A stretch of DNA of 64,000 bases, taken from NCBI RefSeq assembly GCF_002105155.1, contig NW_019028990.1, forward strand, positions 496,001-560,000, read 5' to 3'. This document shows, piece by piece, positions 25,480-39,600 of the stretch. The DNA is from Lobosporangium transversale. Its lineage: Eukaryota. Position 1 is the stretch's first letter; each line of letters opens with the position of its first letter. A model generated the notes under the pieces. That model did no database searches, was not told the origin of the DNA, and worked only from the letters and a program-made list of their open reading frames with translations. Position numbers and translations under genes: made by a program.

Positions 25480-28400
25480 ATGGCCAACCATCAGAAACCA
25501 CCGCAGCATGTGTTCATCTTGCCTACCCCTTGCGATCAATATAACCCTCTCTTTGACACTGTTCAGTCCACAGAGAACTTTGTACTTCAGCGTACAAAGG
25601 CTTCTAAATCCCAGTTTCTGAACTCGTTCTTGGGTACTATTCAAAATGTGTAAGTTCACTCCCCAATTGATCCTCCAATTGACTTTGTTTGATAGTATTC
25701 AAAATAACAGACAATGGACTTATTATTCTTTTTTTTTTTTTTTTTTTTTCTTTTTTCAAAACTATAGGTTCGATACGAAGCAAGCACCTTTTCGGATCCT
25801 CTTTCGTCGGCAGGTTAATGCTCAGGCCTTAATGATCGCCGAGGCAGAGACTCAAAAGAGCATTGACCAAGCTTGGACTTGGGTGCAAGGTAAAATCAAT
25901 CAAACTAGCTCGGTGTAACTGCGCACAAAAAAAGAGGCGCATTATCTTGATTTTTGATATTGTGCACGCATACAGCATTGCTTCCTAACTGTCAATTCTT
26001 CCTTTTTTTCTTTTGCTTTTTACTTGGCATGGAACATAGAAAACTTTGTGGTTGGATTACAGGTTTTGGACGACGCTCAGGAAAAAGAAGAGTGGGTTTT
26101 GACCAAGATCAGATCACTTGTGACTCGAGCAGGTAAAGAAATCAAGATACTTCAATCCGTTATATGGATTAATGTCACGGGAGAATCAGGGGGACAGAGA
26201 GGAAGAGGAAGCGTTAACAATTGTTGTACCGTTGTATTTTCTTTTTTACATTTAACATTTTATCTTTTTTTGTACATTTTATTATAGACAAGGGAACGGA
26301 TGATATCACCTCGGATGAAAAAGTCAGAAGTGCATCTCGAGCTTTTCGTCAGACATTTAATGTCTTGCCCTCAGAACGACTTGTCAGTTACTATTCATGT
26401 TCATATCACGGCAAGATGATGAATCAGGGTTGGATGTACATTTCAGAGAACTATCTCTGTTTCTATTCGTTCATGCTTGGGATGGAAACCAAGATCTTCT
26501 TAGAATTAAAAGACATTGGTGATCTACAAAAGGAAAAGAGTAAGCGTGGCGTCTTTGCTGATGCAATCCGTGTAGTCATGAAGGATGGCCAGGAGGTAAG
26601 GAGATTTATTATTATTATTCTTTTAAATATCATATTAGCTACAAAGCCAAATCAAGTAGTAATGCTTACAATTTTTGTTTTTTTTTATTTTGTGTTCTTT
26701 ATATTAGTATTTCTTTTCGAATCTCTTCCACCGAGATGAAACATACGACATACTAGTGCAGTTAACAACACTCACCATGGAGCGTTTATTGAGAAATACA
26801 GTGCTGGAGCATGCCCCAGGGATGTCAAATGAAAGTGATCATTCTGACAATGTCAAGGACGTGTTTTCTGTTGATGTAGACAATCTCGAGAGCAATGAAT
26901 CTATTCACTCACCAGCCATGGCGACTCGACCTTTACGACTTGGTCTTGAGGAACAAAAACGAGACAAGGATTTCCAATTACGCTTCAACCTACCAACGTC
27001 TGAACATTTGATGGAAGAATCCAGTGCTACCATGGTTCAGGGTGAGAAAAATGATATGTATCACGGACGATTATACATGTCAGGGTCCTTTCTTTGCTTC
27101 ATTTGTGTTGAAGCCAAGCCATGTGTGTTAGCTCTACCACTTTTCACCATCCGTCGTGTGGAGAGGATGAACTCTTCCTCAGCCTCGTATGCGCTCAATA
27201 TCCTAACGTGGCATCAGATGAGGATTATCTTTCGGTTGAATGGACCCCGTACTCAATGTGAAAAATTTTGTGGGACACTCAAGACCAATCTTAAACTTCA
27301 GGTGCGGGCCATGAGAGCACTGAAGCCCTTTCTCGCTACATGTTTCTCAGAAGCTCTCCTTGCAGACCGTCCTGACATTGCGGAGAATGATTCCGGGTTG
27401 GGATGGGTTTTTGAGTTTCCCGGAGATCCAAAAAAGTAAGTAAGATGGATATTGTTTTCAATGTCATTATTATTTCTGGAATCTCTAAAAGTTGACTTTT
27501 TTTCACATTTCTTATTGTAGACTTAAAAACAAGAGCAAAACAAAGCTATGGCACCAATATTTTAAGGACAATGGACGCAATTTGACTATGACAAAGGTCG
27601 ACATTTTCCCTAAACTGATTCGTGTTGGTTTGCCTAATAAGCTGCGTGGTGAGATTTGGGAAGCTTGTTCTGGATCACTCTTTCTCAGATCGATGAATCA
27701 AGGTGAATATGCCAGGCTGTTGAAGGATAATGAAGGAAAGATGTCCTTGTCATTAGAAGAAATAGAGAAAGACTTGAACAGGTCAGTAAAATTCCAAGTA
27801 TGCCCAACTGGATTTCTGTAAAAAAAAAAAAAAAAAAAAAAAAGTAGAGTGACTAAAAGCTAAAAGCAATCTGTTTCCCATTTTGTATTACGCTTTTCTA
27901 TAGATCATTACCAGAGTATCAAGCTTATCAGGATATTAAAGGCATTAATCGTCTTCGAAATGTACTGAGCGCATATGCTTGGAAGAACCCTGATCTGGGT
28001 TACTGCCAGGCAATGAACATCGTCACCAGTGCTATCTTAATGTAATTACTTTTTTGGTATAATTGCGATATTCCTACTCTTTATTTCTCTTTTAGAAATG
28101 TTGGCAAAAGTAAGCTGTCTCACAATCCCTTTTTTGTACTTTTTATTTTTTTTCTTTTCCTTATTTATCATTAATAGTTATCAGAGTGAGGAGCAAGCAT
28201 TCTGGACATTGAATGTTTTATGTGATCGTCTCTTGCCTGGGTATTACAGTACATCGATGTATGGCGCATTATTGGATCAAACTATCCTTGAGCACCTACT
28301 TGATAAGACAATGCCTATCTTAAGTAAGCATTTGAAAAAGGTGGATGTCCAACTATCAGTGGCCTGTTTACCATGGTTCCTGAGTCTGTTTATCAACTCA

Positions 28401-30417
28401 ATGCCATTGGTCTATGCCTTCCGAATCCTGGATTGCTTTTTCTTTGAGGGACCAAAGATTCTCTTTCAAATCAGTTTAGGTAAGAATGTTTAAAAAGGAA
28501 AAATTTTAAAGGCAAATGGTATGTTCATCACACTCTCTCCGATAGGGAACCGGTAAACTGATTTATAATGGAGGATCTCTTTTTTTATTTTATTTTATTT
28601 TATTTTTTATTTACCCATTGGCATTTTTATAGCCGTGTTAAAGGTCAATGGAGATGATTTATTGGCGGCCAAGGACGATGGAGCTTTCATGGATGTTTTG
28701 AAAAAATATTTCAGTACTTTGGATGATTCTGCGTTCCCGAATAGTACCAATCCCAAGGCTCGCGCATTGACAAAGTTTAATGAGTTGATGTCAGTGGCGT
28801 TCAGAGAGTTTGAATCAATTACACCTGAAATGGTGGCGGAACTTCGGAGGAATCATCAGCTCAAGATTGTACACAATATTGGAAGCTTCACTAAACGTAG
28901 TCAACTACGAAACATCTCCCCCGGAAAGTTCACTAAGGATGAAATGAGTGTGATTTATGATCGATTCTATTCTACACTCTTCTATGGTCGCCCACAGAAT
29001 CGGAGTGGGTCTAATAAGCAAGGAGAGGCTAGAGCATTGGATGCGACGACATTTGTGTCCTTTTTGGGAAGCATAGCTCATTGGGCTCAAGTGGATGATG
29101 AAGCGAATAATGATGATAACTCAGCCAATGGATCTTCTCCTTCTCGTCATCGTCGACGTGGGTCCAACGCTACGACAGCAACAGCTCGTGAACGTCGTCA
29201 GGTTGTGGGTAGACATTTTATCTCTAGGCTCTTTGAGCGGTTTGATCAAAACAATACTGGGACTCTCTCTCTTCAAGAGGTCACGACGGGTCTTGACGAC
29301 ATCATCCATGGTGACCTGATGACGCAAATACAACTTTTCTTTGATATGCATGACCTAAACAAGGATGGAACGCTTAGTCGGGATGAGATTTTGGGCATGT
29401 CTGAAAGTCTACTCTTTATTTTCCGTTTTGATGATGGTGATACCTATCTGAGCGCAATATCAAATTTCATTCGCAATGCATTCGAGTTTGCAGAGAAAGT
29501 GGATTTACCACAGAAGAAGACTGCTGCTGCTGCTGCTTTGGTAGATAGAGCTGACGCTGCAGAAACAAAGACAGAAGGAGCAGAAACTGGAGTATCTTCT
29601 TCACTTGAAGTAAAAGAAACAGCACATGCTAGTAAGGAAGAAAAAGAAGAGATAAAAGAAGGCAAGACAAACGAAGAAGATCCAAGGTCAGTATCAGCAA
29701 CAGCACAAAGCAATGAAGAACCCGAGATCCAGATGTCACTTCCAACTTTCCGCATGGTTGTTTTAGCAGATGAGACATTGGAGAAGTTCTTTGATTCCGG
29801 GTTTGCAGCCTCTTTCAGATTGTTGGAGCCAGTGGATCGTCAGCGTGGACTCTTTGCAAAGGAGGTGTTTGATTCCTTGTTATCTGAAGGCAGGAAGCTT
29901 GCAGGAGGTATTGCGAACAACATTCAGAACCGTGGCGCGGGAGGTCGCACACAGAAGTCATTGTCATCCTCTGCACCAGGGACCCCTGGGGAAGAAAAGT
30001 CTTCAGCCGCAACCACTCTTGGTCAATCTAGTAGTAGTGCATCGCTTTCTGAAAAGGTTTCTTCAAGTGCTGCTGCTGATGAAGGTGGTGATGAGAAGGG
30101 GGTCAATGTGATCTCTGAATCTGACGGGATGGCAGAGAAAAAGAGCGCTACTCAAACGGATAGTGAGAAAGAGAGTGAGAATGAAGAGGAGGAAGAAGAT
30201 GAAGATGAAGATGCTGAGGGCGATGATTTGCTTGATGAAGTAGATAAGGTAACAAACTTTAAGTTTATATGATGCTATGGTGATATTGCAAAGAACGAAA
30301 GAAAAAAAAAGTCCTAATGTGATCTGCTATATCAAAATCCAATAGTTCCTGAACGAGTTCGATATGGAAAGCGGAGTGAAGAGAGATCTTGTGGCAGATG
30401 AAGCAAGCACCCCCTAA
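25480..30417 (+). CDS. TBC1D8/TBC1D9 (Gyp2/Mdr1)-type Rab GTPase-activating protein with GRAM, TBC and EF-hand domains
   Basis: Multi-exon gene; ATG 25480 ([17 protein letters not shown]...FVLQR...[12 protein letters not shown]). GRAM ([11 protein letters not shown]...[15 protein letters not shown]). TBC with arginine finger IEKDLNRSL and glutamine finger YCQAMN. EF hands DQNNTGTLS and [12 protein letters not shown]. Last exon 30346-30417. Confidence 0.93.
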
Positions 30418-30514
30418 CAACGTTAATATTTCTACATGTGTAATAATAGCTAAATAAAAAATAAAGATAAAGATAAAAGTAAAAAGAAAGTTGGCATTTT
30501 TGATATTATTTATT

Positions 30515-32091
30515 TTAAACAATTTCTCCATAGAACGCTAATCCAATGAGGAAGACGGTCATGGCAGCCATCAATGTCCCATAGGATGTTGCAGGGACAC
30601 TCCAATGGTCAGGCATAACAACGCCCCAGACGACATAGAGTATTCCATGGATAATGGCAGCAGGAGCTAATAGTCTCCATCCTGAATGGCCTAACCAACA
30701 AGACAAACCGATATGGACCATCATGCTCGATGTCCGTCCCATCAAACTCCACCAGGGCCGATCAATGCCAAGAAGGTGTCTCACTTCACGGGTAGTAGAG
30801 ATAACCTCTTCATTACTCTGTGAATCCAACGTATCCAGATCATTATAAAGTTGTTGTTCTTGTTGTTGTGTACTTTTGGTAACACCACCATACTCCTCTG
30901 CATTATTAGCGCTGTTGTTGTGACGGATGATTGGTGATCTCTCTGAAGCTGTCATAAATGCAGTAGTAGTAGCAGTAGCAGTAGCAGTAGCAGTAGTAAC
31001 CACAGCACGATAGTCATCATCAGAAAGGGACCAAGAGTAATACAATGACTGCCCAATATAATAGAAAGTTTCAACTCCTGCCCAGCCAAGTCCTAACCAA
31101 TAGACAGCTCCAAAATCTTTACTATTCCCGACCCCAATAAGGAGGAGGATGAAGACTAAACGAACGACTTCCTCGAGAACTCCAGCGGAAAACAAAGTTG
31201 ACCATTCACAATGAGATGGATGGATATGGAAGAGATGTTCAAAGGTTGCATAGATGGGTCTCCTGGAACCGAATGCGATGACCCAACCTATCACACCTGC
31301 GCCCAATTGATCTGAATAAAAAATAAAAAAAAAGAGGAAGGTTAGATAATACAGAAACAAGAAGAGATGGCACGCATGCATTTTTCTTGGTCATGAGTTG
31401 TACAAGCCCGCACGGATATATTTCAAGAAAAAAAAAAGGGGGGGGGATGATTGTAAGGAGCACTCTTCTAAAGTCCTCAAATCTCACAAGGCCTAATGGA
31501 AGGGAAAAACATAAAAAGAAAAGGCAGCGACCGATTTGACAGCTTACCCCATCGAATGCTGGTTTCATTATCAGCTGAAGGAAGTATTATTAAGAGCGTT
31601 GCGAAAATGGCCCAGATGGTAAGCAGAATGGGTGCGAGGGTGACATAGGTCCAAAAGAGTTGCCTTGCACTCATGACTGAATCCATTTCGTCTTCATTAT
31701 CATCAATATCATCTTCTTCTTCTCCATTCATACTCTTTTTGCAGATGGAGTGACGACTATTCGAGTTTTTGATAGAAGAAATAGCAGAGCAAGAGCAAGA
31801 AGATGAATAGGTTGAATGGGAAGGTACTGAAGACACAGAGCAAGCGTCGCCGTCATTATCGTTATTGTTGTTCCGATCACTATCTGGAATAGAGATGTGG
31901 ACTGATCGACGAGATGGAGCTGTTGATACTGTGCCTGATCTTATGCCTGATCTTGTGCCTAGCCCTGGCCCTGATCCAGTACCAGAACCAGAATCAGAAC
32001 CTATACCCATGCCACTGTTTGTAGTATGTTTCCCTATCCGGCCTTCAAATATCGGAGCTGTTGAAGAAGGACTTATTGGCTCATGGTCCAT
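30515..32091 (-). CDS. Multi-pass membrane protein of the YhfC (DUF2324)/PrsW/APH-1 intramembrane glutamic protease-like superfamily
   Basis: Exons 32091-31548 and 31311-30515. Several hydrophobic helices carrying SAGVLEEVVRL, GLGWAGVE, RTSSMMVHIGLS and AIIHGIL in the family order, after a long Ser/Gly-rich N-terminal tail. Confidence 0.75.
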
Positions 32092-32459
32092 TGCCGCTGT
32101 TGTTGGGTTGTCTGGAATAAGAGGAGTTGATATTGGACCTATTTGGGTCACGCGTTGACAACAATTTCTCAAAGCCCGTCAAGAATAGCTTTTTGAAAGC
32201 TTTGTAAAACAAGCAGTGCAGGAATGAGAGGAGCAGAGTTAAGAAAGAAAAGGAAAGAAGTGGACCCAAGTAAAGGAAAGCATAGAAATGAAGAAACGAA
32301 GGGAGGGGCGCGAATAAGCCCAATTGAGATTATTTGATCATGGGAATGTCACGGGAATTGCACAACTGTGTGCTACACTAAAATTCGAAAATCACAAAGC
32401 TGCGAAAAAAAAGTGTTCGTTTTTGGTTTTTTCCATTCATCACCAAAAGTACATTTACA

Positions 32460-32599
32460 ATGTCGACATCGACAGCTGCTGCAGTCGCTGCTGCATCCAC
32501 TCCAGCACAGCCTACAGGAGCTCATCTTGGACATACACCATTGAACATTGATTCTCTTCGTGACTTGGCTCGCAAGGAACTTGTCAATGTCCTCGACTC

Positions 32600-32637
<38 letters not shown>

Positions 32638-35312
32638 GGATATCCAACAAAAAATAAAGGGACTAAATAAAGGGAATAAATTTTTTTTATAAATCAAAAA
32701 AACGCAGGTACAAGGCAAGAAGGGTCTTGTGCTTGACCCAAATCTTAGTGGACCTTTAAGTCTTATTGCAGAGTTTGCTCTGTTGAAGGCAAGTGATATA
32801 TGTAAAAAAAAAAAAAAAGACTCTAATATGGACGAAACAATCATCTGAGAAGGCTATTTGATAAGATACAAGGAGCCAAGGTTTCGAGCTCAATTGATCA
32901 TTGATCAACTGGTTCAATCGCTTATCAGGTGTTAACTGGTCATCATCTTTAAAACAGGATCATGGCGTTGAGAAAATATACCATCTTCAGCCAGGTCCAT
33001 TGGAAACAGATTGCAAAAATCTCATCTATATCTGTCGGCCTCAAGTCAATTATATGAAGTACATTGCAGGTTAGTTGAGGCTATCTATTTTCTATTTATT
33101 TTCATCTGCTACATCAAAATGTGATTACAGTTAATTGATATCAAAAACCTGGTACATCATTTATATTTTTTTTATCTGGTATAGAGCATATCCATACACA
33201 CACGACAGAATCTCGTTCAGGAGCATATACATATTCACTTTTCTTTGTTCCGAGGCGGACGGCGTTATGTGAGAAAGTATTAGAGGATGAAGGTGTATTT
33301 GGAGAAATTACTAAAGGAGAATACCATCTGGATCTGATTCCTTTGGAGGATGATCTCTTGAGTTTGGAATGGGATTCAACTTTTAGAGAATTGTATCTGG
33401 ACAAGGACACGACCTCGATCTATTATGCAGCCAAGGCATTGATGCGACTTCAAGGGATTTATGGATGGTTTCCACGGATTTTGGGCAAGGGTGAACATTC
33501 CAAAGCATTATGTGATATGATGTTACGGATGAGACGAGAGATGGCTGTGGATGACTTGGAGGCTTCACAAACCACTCAAATGTCTCAGAATATTGATTCT
33601 CTCATTATATTGGATCGGGATGTTGACCTAGTCACACCACTTTGTACACAATTAACTTATGAGGGTCTCATTGACGAGATCTTCCATATCAAGAATTGTA
33701 AGTAATGTTTTTTTTTTTTTTTTTTTTTTTTTTTTGAATGATGTAGTTAGTATCTGTATCTGATGAATTTTCTTTTCATTTCCTTATAATAAAAACACGC
33801 ACTTTTAGCTTTTGTAGAAGTTGACGCTGCGCTTGCTAGTGCGACGCCTGCGCAATCAGGACCAGGAGGAGCAGGGTCTTCAAGTTCAGCAACTGTCACT
33901 GGAAAGAAGAAGAAGGTTCCACTCAACGGAGGTGACAAATTATTTGGAGAGCTTCGGGATCTCAATTTCGCAGTCGTAGGTGGATTGTTGAACAAAGTCG
34001 CCAAGCGCATCAATGCAGACTATGAACAAAGGCACAACGCCAAGACTGTCCCACAAATCCGTGATTTCATTAATAAAATGGGTGGACTTGCTCAAGAACA
34101 TCAATCGCTTCGTCTTCGTAAGTTTATTTTATATCCTTCGAATAGGAGTTCAATCTGTTGGCTGTTTGATTGACCGTACTTTTTTTTTTACTCCTTTTTC
34201 GGAACAGATACATCACTCGCAGAACAAATTATGGATTACACAATGACAGATGATTTCAACAGGATCCTTGAAGTCCAGCAGAGTATGTACTTGAAGTGGA
34301 TGATTATGAAGGAAAATTTCTCTTCTTTTAGACTCTAGTTGATTAATAGTTATGAATGAAGTTAATCGATCAAGAATAGTTAATTACACTCTTTTGTTTT
34401 TTCTCCTTTTCTTAAAACTCTAGATGTTGTGGCAGGAATCGCAACTACCAAAGAGCCTGATTATATTGAAGAAATGATTAACAAGCAAGTCCCGATTGTT
34501 CAAGTTCTTCGGTTGTTATGTCTTTACTCCCTTGTTAACAACGGGCTCAAACCAAAACAATATGAATCCTTTAAAAAGGATATTTTGGAGGCCTATGGTT
34601 TCGAACACATTCAAACCTTGGAGAATTTACGAAAACTGGGCATGTTGACTAAGCAGGTGACGACTAAGAATACATATGCTCTCGTTCGAAAGAGTTTATC
34701 GTTGATTGTGGACGAAGTCAATGAGCATGCACCCAATGATATTTCATATGTGTATTCGGGATATGCACCGCTGAGCGTAAGACTTATTCAGTGCGTAGTA
34801 CAACGTGGAAAGGATCCAAAGACGCTTGGAGGGGGTGGTGGTGGCAAATCTTCAGGTGTAGCGGGTGGACATGGATGGAGGGGATTTGAAGATGTGCTCC
34901 GGATGCTTCCAGGACGAACATTTGATGAGAAGCAACGAGTCGATGACGGGCAGCCCATGTCTTCAAGGCGTAAGTCTTCCTCTCTCTTTCTCTTTTTCTC
35001 TCTTTTCTCTCTGTTTCTATACATGTATTTTATTTGTATCTGTTGCTTCCGCATAGTAATACTAACAATGACCTTCTTCTTTCATTCTCATTTAATTGGT
35101 TCGGTATGGTAGGGATGAATGGCCAACCACGCATCTCATTAGTATTCTTCCTTGGGGGATGTACGTTCACAGAGGTATCTGCGACTCGATTCCTTGCATC
35201 TCAAGAGAGTGGGCTACGTGATTTTGTAATTTGCACAACACAGATTCTGAATGGCAATACCCTAGTAGACTCACTGGTTCAAAAAGTCCCGGACCTGCAA
35301 ACCAATGCATAG
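32460..35312 (+). CDS. VPS33: Sec1/Munc18-family HOPS/CORVET subunit Vps33
   Basis: Eight exons. Motifs LARKELVNVLDSVQGKKGLVLDP, FFVPRRT, DLIPLEDDLLSLE, DRDVDLVTPLCTQLTYEGLIDE, PNDISYVYSGYAPLSVRL and VFFLGGCTFTEVSA. Intron 32789-32957 is GC-AG. Confidence 0.96.
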
Positions 35313-36570
35313 ATTTGTTTTTGTTTACCCATTCAGTATCATATGAGAAGGAAGAGGCGCTAGGGGAGGCGTTAGGGGGCGATAGGAGGGAAGAGAAGAA
35401 ATCAGGCACGACTTGTTCTGTACCTTGAAAATAAAATAAAGTATAATAAAATAGAGCAAATGCAGCTTGACCGTTTTTTTTCCTCTTCCTTCTTGACCTT
35501 CGTGTTCCAGGAGGAGCAATAAGAGCGCAATACGATACGAAACAATTCAATGGAGTAATTCTTTTTTTTTTTATTTTTTTTTTTTTTCCTTGCTCTTTTT
35601 TCTTTCATTGGTCCTTTTTTCTTTTGCCTCGGAAGCAGAAACACTTGATCTCCAACGGTAGGGAGGACACCCATGCCTTGATACAGCCCGACGAATGAGA
35701 TTTCAGGGGTAACACAGAAGATGCCCAATATACGACGTGCATGTCTGTTATTGTTTTTGTTATTGTTATTACTATTCCTATTTCTATTGTCATTACTATC
35801 CCTCATTGTTATTCGTCATTAAGCAGGAAATACAGAAAAAAATTAAGGGAACTCGTATTGACAAGACGCGCAAACAAAATGGAAATGAAGGAACTGGTCA
35901 AAAAAAAAAAAAAAAAAAAAAGAAGCCAAGAATGAAAAACGCATGGTTATGATCACTTGAGTGGAAAAGAAAAATGAAGACAAAAGGCAAGGGGTTTGTC
36001 GCTAAACTTCGAGAGAAAATGAACGACTTTGAGCAGTTTACTTCTTTCTACTTCTGGTCTTTCATTTCTCCCCTCAAGAATAACATGCATGCATGTCCTC
36101 AACACGCGTTGGTGCATGACAAAGCCAGTCACATAATGGTCTTTTGTCTATTATCGCATTCCCTATCGCTTAGGTCACTCCTTAGAATGCAATCGATTCA
36201 ATGCACTTCTTTTTCTTGAATGATTGTTTGGTTATTTAAAATTAGGGAGATCATATCGAATGCATATAATAGACCTTTGGGACGTGAAGCAAGGAGACAG
36301 AAACAATGAGTTTTTGATAGCTCATATCCTATGTGTCGATCCCTTCTGCATCCTCTTTCCTCTCCCTCAGCCTCCTTCCCCTAGCCCTCGCCCATTTATA
36401 TGCCTACATTCGTTTGTGTCCGGCGTTCAAAAGGTCCGGGTGCTTAAATAGAGGTATCTTAAAGCTTCCTTCACTGCTTTGAATCCACTAACGTGTCTCT
36501 GTTAGACTCGCCGCATATTTGTATATATATTGATGAGCTATTAGATAATAGAATCATTCTATAATGCCGT

Positions 36571-36593
36571 AAAAAAAATAAAAAAAATAAAAA

Positions 36594-36630
<37 letters not shown>
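36571..36630. repeat. 9-bp A-rich tandem repeat (AAAAAAATA x3 then AAAGAAATA x3)
   Basis: Read directly from the sequence. Confidence 0.75.
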
Positions 36631-36631
<1 letters not shown>

Positions 36632-39600
36632 AGGGTAGACAACGCCCAAGGACCATTGTGAGCTTTGAATATCATTTGCCTTTTTGCCTATAGCCAAGGC
36701 AGCATGAGTGACAAATCTATTTATTTTTGGGAGAGGCCAGACGGCGCGCACGGATTTTTTTATGCTGAGGACAAGAAGTTGATAAAGCATCACATTCCCT
36801 TGTTCTCTGACCTCTTCTGGCCTCCTTACTTATGGCCGGGCTCCTGTTCGTTGCGATCAAGGGATAAATAGGCGCTCTAGAGCTTTTTTGCCATGCACAG
36901 CAGTGGACCCATGCTCTTGCTGTGCTTCCCTTTCAATAACGAGATACAAAGCAAAATGCAAACGCGTATCTTTTTATTCAAGGGCCCCAGTGCGTCCCAT
37001 GTAACGAGGGAGGGGGGCTGCATTATTTTGTATAGTGAAGTGGGAGACGCATATGACAAGGTGTATACAGGCTTTACTAAAAACAGACGCGTTTCTTGAT
37101 GCATCAAAGGTCGAAAAAAAAAAAAAAAAAAAAAAAAGATCACAATAACCCCCTGCTTTCTCTTTTTTCTTTCCCTACAAATACAGAACACGTTCAATTA
37201 TAAAAATAAGTACACGTGATTAATATCATGGAAATGACAACCATTTAGAAACCTGGTATGGGTGTAGGTCTTTTTTTTTTTTTTTTTTTTTTTTTTTGCC
37301 TCTGTAAGTTTTTATGAACATGTGTAATGCCATTTCTAATAGAACGAAGGCTATAAGCAGAGCGCAGATAATAGCAATATGCAATATCTGTATACACACA
37401 AAGCAGGAGACAGCATTAAAGTAATGAATCCAGATCTTGGAACGATATAAAAAAAAAAAGAGAAAATGAAATGTTTAATATTTGCGCGATGCACGAGCCC
37501 TCCCACAGGTAAAGTTGGATTTTGCTGTGTTTAGCTTGTTTAAAATAATGTGAGCAGAAGTACAAAAGACCTTTGGTTGCTACTGCTTATTAGCCCTGCT
37601 CAAACCAAATGGAAACCAACCAGTACGACGGAACAGCTTTTCTCTTGGAATCCTTTGCTCAAAATGTCGTTGGCCTAGCAAGCACTAAAGGCCCTTTATT
37701 TTTGGTTTGTTTTTTTGCATGACCGACTAAGAGGACGTGCTTTTCTATTATATATATCCTTTGGATTGGAATATATTAAGTATATATAATAGTGTTATTA
37801 AAAAACCCGAAATTTGTACGTAAAAAAAAGGGGAACATGGAGCTAGGATAAGAAAAGGGAAAGGAAAAAAAAAAAAAAAAAAAAAAAAAACTGAGGGGAA
37901 GTGGATCAAACAAGGATTCCTATCCATTTCAATAAACCTCCTGCTCTTTCTCCCCACCCAATTTTATACTCTCCTGACTTTGTCGTAAAGACGCGAGATG
38001 GAGATCGCGCTACATGTCCATAAAATAAAATAAAACCAAAAATACAAAAGAACAAATGGACAGCATTTAAAGCGGTAGAAGTTGCAATTATAAAACATTG
38101 GGTATATATTTGCTTTGGAGTTGAAGCGCGGCCAGAAATGCCGTTGCCTTCCTTGAAGAAATGTCCGATACAGCAGTTCTTTCTCTACCAGCTTTGCTGC
38201 TCATTATGACGACTTTTTACGTGTTTGTCTTTAGTTTTCCTAACAATAAAAAAAAGGAGAGAAGAGATGAGATAAGATCAGGAAGGGGCAGGAACGCACT
38301 TAGGGTTTCTCCTCTGTGCCCTTTTCCCATTGGATTGAGTAGCGATTAATAAAGATCGTAACGACAAAGCACTTTTTTTTTTTTTTTTTTTTTTTTTTCC
38401 TTCATCATGGCTTTATTGTTTGTATGCTCACTGAATACCGCCATATTCAACACTAGCTTCCCTTGGGACTCTGAATGATCTGCGAAAAAAAGTGTCTGCA
38501 TATCCATTTAGCTCCTTAAAAGTGATCCCAATCCTTCCCCTTTCTCCGTATCGCCTCCTTCGTTGGCACAAATGTAAATGCTAAACCACCTTCCTCTCTC
38601 TCTCTTTTTTTTTTGTCATGTGCTAGCTCATCAGCGCGAGCTTTGTAAAGACTGGAAAGCCTGGCTATACTTAGATCGACTTGGCTGCATGCTCTATACC
38701 TCATCACCACTTTGAAGCACGTTCTCTTTTTGTGATACTTTTTCAAGAAACTTTAAATTTGTGGTGGTCAATGCTCCTATATATGTGGCGAACTCTGTCC
38801 ATTCAAAGACCATGCAAACAAAGGCCCAACCACCTGTGTCCGCAATGTTTTACATTTACATGTTTATTGATCGAACGCGATCATGCATTAAAGGCACACG
38901 AACAGCGTACAACACAAAATATACGTGCTATTTAAAATCACCTAAAGAAGTATTCAGAGTATTTTTGCTATGATGACGATTTGATAGAGTTAAGGATCTG
39001 TGGTTATTGGAGAATTTTTTTTTCTTCTTCTTTCATTGCACTCTACCGGCTTCTATATGTTATCCGCAGGAGCAGAGCACGGTCAAGCAAAGCATGTCGG
39101 AAATCGAGGATTTATAGTTAGAGAAATTGGACATGAACTGCCGCGGCTTCTATTTTGTTCCTAGCTTGCAGTCGCCCAGAGGATAACTCATTCTTCATGC
39201 ATCCCTTGTTCCTCGATCCGTGCAACCTAGCCCTTGCCCTGTCCAATTCAATCAACTACTATTCACTCAAGCTCAACGTTTTATTTGTTTTTGTTTTGTT
39301 TATTGCCTATTGTTCTTATTTTATTTTCCCGTCTTTCCTATTGATGCCTTTTGCATTCATTTAACTAATCCTCTTGATCATGCCGCAATCAACTTTTTTT
39401 TTCTGCTCTCAACTCCAACTTTTATGAGCACGCATGGACAAAAAAAACCGCTTGCAACCTCTTCCTTCCTTCCTCCTCTCGCCCCCCATGATCCATCTTC
39501 CTTCAACTCCCACAGATATAAAAGTCTTATTTCGCCTCGCCATCTCCCTTTGCTTTATTCTTTTTTTTTTTTGTCTTGTTTTCCTATTTCTCTTATCCCT

